Positions 60,247-64,000 of a stretch of DNA of 64,000 bases are shown in pieces. The position numbers and the translations under genes are program-made. Source of the stretch: Ranitomeya imitator (Eukaryota); the NCBI RefSeq assembly GCF_032444005.1, contig NC_091291.1, positions 129,952,001-130,016,000 of the forward strand, in the 5' to 3' direction. A model generated the notes under the pieces. The model searched no databases and was not told where the DNA came from. It worked only from the letters and a program-made list of their open reading frames with translations. Every line of letters begins with the position of its first letter. Position 1 is the first letter of the stretch.

Positions 60247-60401
60247 TCTCATCAATGGACGTGTTTACTTCAAAGGAGCTCCAGGTTCGGAATGGAACAG
60301 ATCCCCGGCTGAAGTGTACGTTCAGCTCTTACGTGGCGCTGGGTGACGACGTGTCTGTATCATGGACGTTTCGCCCTCTTTCAGGGGGCAGTGATGAGTC
60401 T
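60247..60401 (+). CDS. MPZL2: MPZL2 exon 2 (first half of the IgV domain)
   Basis: 155 nt encoding [51 protein letters not shown], matching recalled human MPZL2 [25 protein letters not shown]...TWNFRPLDGG. Synteny next to CD3E agrees. Confidence 0.9.
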
Positions 60402-61056
60402 GTAAGTAGCCAATGATTGGAGCTGGATATCTGTAATTATTCTTAGTGCTCATCCTAATGATCCCTCTTTTGGAGGCGGGTGAGACGTGGTGAACTAGTC
60501 AGACTTGTGAAGTCATTCCAGGATTCTGTTCGGTTTTCCCCTTCCTTTGCATGTGAGTACACGTGTCACACAGCGATGGCGCAATACTTACTCACTGAGA
60601 GCAGATGCCGGCACGGCCGCCAGCCTGCCAATTACACAGAAATGTACATACAACTGGATAGAAAACATGGAAAAATACAACGAGATACAAGACATGGAAA
60701 AATAGAGAAAAAACTGAATCTACTGCCGCCATATTGAGTACACCCTCATATATCAGACACTACTGGATCATATGGTGGCATCCAAAGCGGTTACAGCAGC
60801 AATTCTGGCGTTTCATTTCTTTACAGTATTGATCGTACAGATTGAATAATTTGATATGTTGATAGATTGGATTTTTACAAATGCGGCGATACCAAATATG
60901 TGTATTTATTTATTATAAGTAAAAGGGGGGTAATTATGGTGCTTGAACCCTCTAAGTCCAAGCAACATATTGTAATCCGATTTCTTTTATTTTATTATTA
61001 TTCTACTTCTTCTTCTCCGCGTTTTCCGCAATTAATGGGCCCGAACCGCTCGGCGC

Positions 61057-62090
61057 AGAGACCCTGTTCAGGCGGCCTTTCGAAGCCCTCGGTGGGGACA
61101 GGTGTGCTATGTATTTTTGGAGTCGATCCGATTTGTAGGTGTTTTTTTTTTTTAAATCGCATTTTAAGCAAAAAGTTTCCCATAGGAATTCATGGCGACC
61201 TTTCCATGACCCCCAACTGACATGGATTGAAGCCAAAGCGCAGGTGCACTGACCTTACAAAGACAGCAGCTATGCAAATGTACGGTGTCCATTTTAGGAC
61301 ACGATCATTTATCAAAGTCAAACATCAGAATAATGTGTCTGTGACTTCTGACTGACTCTGACTCGTGACTACTGAGGGGCCGAATGTGCCAAAGTGGCTA
61401 CCAAGTGGCTATCGAGGTGCCGAATGTGCCAAAGTGGCTACCAAGTGGCAAAAGTGGCTACAGAGGTGCCGAATGTGCCAAAGTGGCTACCAAGTGGCTA
61501 CAGAGGTGCTGAATGTGCTAAAGTGGCTACCAAGTAGCAAAAGTGGCTACCAAGTGGCAAAAGTGGCTACCGAGATGCCGAATGTGCCAAAGTGGCTACC
61601 AAGTGACAAAAGTGGCTACCGAGGTGCCGAATGTGCCAAAGTGGCTACCAAGTGACAAAAGTGGCTACCAAGTGGCAAAAGTGGCTACCGAGGTGCTGAA
61701 TGTGCCAAAGTGGCTACCAAGTGACAAAAGTGGCTACCAAGTAGCAAAAGTGGCTACAGAGGTGCCGATGTGTCAAAGTGTCTACCAAGTGGTTAACGTG
61801 GCTACCGAGGTGCCGAATGTGCCAAAGTGGCTACCAAGTGCAAAAGTGGCTACTGAGGTGTCGAATGTGCCAAAGTGGCTACCAAGAAGCACCTGCGCTG
61901 TGGCTTCAATCCATGTTAGTTGGGGGTCATGGAAAGGTCGCGATTAATTCCTATGGGAACATTTTTGCTTAAAATGTGATTTATTTTTTTTTTTTTTTTT
62001 TTTTTAAACTACAAATCGGATCGACTGCAAAAATACATAGCACACCTGTCCACACCGAGGGCTTCATAACGCCGCCTGAACGGGGTCTCT
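61057..62090. mobile_element. Foldback-like element with long terminal inverted repeats (about 180 bp)
   Basis: 61057-61236 is the reverse complement of about 61900-62090 (AGAGACCCTGTTCAGGCGGC / GCCGCCTGAACGGGGTCTCT); no TSD seen. Confidence 0.75.
61372..61890. repeat. Compound tandem repeat inside the foldback element
   Basis: Alternating modules AAGTGGCTACC, AAGTGGCAA and GAGGTGCCGAATGTGCCA. Confidence 0.9.
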
Positions 62091-62957
62091 ACATGACTGC
62101 AAAAATCAGTGACACAGTTGACACATAGACTACAATTTCTTACATACAGACTCTGCTTAGGACAGTCTGCCTGTTCTTCACAAGTGTCCGGACCCCGCTC
62201 ATTTCATCACTGTGGGTCCCAGTGTCCCCTTGAAGCAAATGGTGGTGACATCACACAGGTCCTTTAGCCTGCACCCAATATTATATGATGGTGACATCAC
62301 TACATCACTCCCATTGGCTGCATATACAACCCATCCCAGGTTGTGCCATCGCTATACACAACAGTCATATTCTAACGTTACTTTCTTACAGTCGCCACCT
62401 GATACACTGCTGTAAAGCCGGCAGCGCTGTTCAAGCACCATGTATTTCCTTCAGGAAATGCCCATCTAGTTTAAAATGTTTTTCTTTTTTACACTTTTAA
62501 AAACTTTTTTTTTATTTTGTTGTGTGACTCTACCCAAAAGGTATGTTTACACTGATTTTTTTTTTCTTTTGGAGCAGAAAGTAAATGGAAACTCTCAATC
62601 TCCCCCCTCCCCTTCCCGAAAAAAAACTTGGGAGTTTAAGCTCTGTTTCCGCTCCAAAAACAAAGCAAAAAAGACTCAATGTGCACATACCCCAAAAGGC
62701 TAGCTGATGAGTAGGAAATCTTACGCTTCTCTAGCTGCCCGGTTGTTTTATACAAATGTTCCTGATGATAAAGGGAACATTTATATGATAACATATTAGG
62801 AAATTATACTATATGGATCCAGCTATGGCGTGAGATAAAACACTTACAAGAAAGCAGGTGCAGGACTCTATGTCTCTCTCACTTTGCACTTCCCTCTTCA
62901 TAGACTTCAATAAGTAGCTGTAATCTGATCCCTCACTGAGCTGGCAGGCCGTCTTAA

Positions 62958-63195
62958 GGCCCCCATACACATTAGACTAGTGTTGGCCAAAACTCGCTGA
63001 TATCGAGGAGTTCGACCAATAGTCTAACGTATATCGGAGCCCAGACAACTGTTTATCGGGGAAGATGTTGATCCGATTTTGGACCTCCATTCCATTTGTT
63101 TTCCTTGAGCTAAACCGCTCACAGTCATGTTAGGTGACGGACCACAAATAACATAGCAGCGCTTGGCCAAACGAGCTCTCATGTGTACGGGAGCC
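62958..63195. mobile_element. Short Harbinger-type MITE
   Basis: TAA|GGCCCCCATACAC ... GTGTACGGGAGCC. Confidence 0.55.
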
Positions 63196-63398
63196 AAGAT
63201 AGCTGCCGTCCAAATGATCAATGGAACTATCGGATGGCTGTTGAGAAAACAGCTAAAATCCTTTATTCTAAAGCGGATTTTAGCTGCTTTTCAAAGTGAA
63301 TGATGAATACAGGAGGAAGAGTTGGGAGAAGTGGCTCATGAGTGTTGAAAGCAGCAAATCTGTCTCATAAAATATTTTACATAGTTTCTTATATTTGC

Positions 63399-64000
63399 TT
63401 TTTTCCCGTCTCCCATGACAGCACACCTGAGAGAGGGATCCGCCCAGTCGGGACAGGAAACCTACTGAAATAAAAGGGCGGTACCTCTCCCTCGCTTCAG
63501 TTGGGTTTCCTGTCCTGACGGGAACCCTTGTGCTGAATCACGGCGGGGGAGCGCTGTGGAACGACCCCTTATTAAGGGGGTGGCTGCAATAGATCGCTGC
63601 TCATTCCCATACAGTCCAGAGATGGAGGGTATGGAGCAGCAGCAGCAACAGCTATTACAGCAGCAGCAGCAAGAGCCCTTATCAGGCGATACATCTGCTC
63701 GTCATCATCCTAAGAAGAATAGCCGCTCAAATGGAAGGAGCAGCAATCATCCTAGTCGGACGTCTCAGGACTCTTCGACATCCAGGAGGAATGTTCCCCG
63801 TGCTCCCAGTCCGCCTCGGAATCCGGTACCCTTTATGGTCAGCGGGTGGTGAGTGATCTACGTGAATGTCACCCTGGTGGTAATGGGCTACATTTTCTGT
63901 TTACTTGGCAGGCGCCGAGGAAGGCTAGTTCCAAGACAAAGAATAAAGAATGTGCCCTCTGTAATGTCCCATTGGCAGTTCAGTGGCAGAAAAGTCTTTG
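63399..64000 (+). mobile_element. 5' end of a second-family DIRS-like element in MPZL2 intron 2 (runs off the right edge)
   Basis: T-run start TTTTTTCCCGTCTCCCATGACAGCAC; internal IR GACAGGAAACC/GGTTTCCTGTC (63452-63462 and 63504-63514); Q/S/R-rich ORF followed by C-x2-C-x12-(C), as in ORF1 of the DIRS at 2191. Confidence 0.65.

Noticed and set aside
60355-60390. Minus-strand CTGAAAGA...CGAAAC hammerhead-like string
   Set aside because: Core spacing is wrong, stem II is absent, and the sequence is explained by MPZL2 codons.
62699-62735. GCTAG-CTGATGA...CTAGC hammerhead-like string
   Set aside because: There is no GAAA after a plausible stem II and no stem III or NUH arrangement.
60402-64000. 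MPZL2 exon 3
   Set aside because: No acceptor followed by the expected second IgV half was found; it probably lies beyond the window.

Overview
Repeat-rich vertebrate genomic DNA. The repeat families and gene content suggest an anuran amphibian (inference). The window holds the CD3 locus in its conserved order: 5' part of UBE4A (-; exons 1-3), a complete single CD3gamma/delta gene (+; 6 coding exons, 182 aa), a complete CD3E (-; 6 coding exons modelled, 168 aa) and exons 1-2 of MPZL2 (+). I assembled these exons by hand from splice signals and recalled similarity to mammalian proteins; most are missed or only partly covered by the ORF track. The rest is transposons (two long DIRS elements plus a mini-DIRS, a 5.8-kb decayed chromodomain Gypsy element, solo LTRs, Tc1, Harbinger- and T2-type MITEs, a Helitron, Penelope and LINE remnants) and minisatellites, including a 9-kb 30-bp array next to the UBE4A promoter. 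The very long ORFs in the track are satellite artefacts. Best leads: (1) a self-priming (Tf1/sushi-type) signature in the Gypsy element; (2) a well-formed type I hammerhead ribozyme with a compensated U3-A8 core on the sense strand of CD3gamma/delta intron 2; (3) a CD3gamma/delta Ig domain lacking its second cysteine, alongside a very short CD3epsilon Ig domain; (4) a DIRS ORF1 that appears to need splicing; (5) a three-layer nested insertion whose order can be read from target-site duplications. No computation or database search was run.
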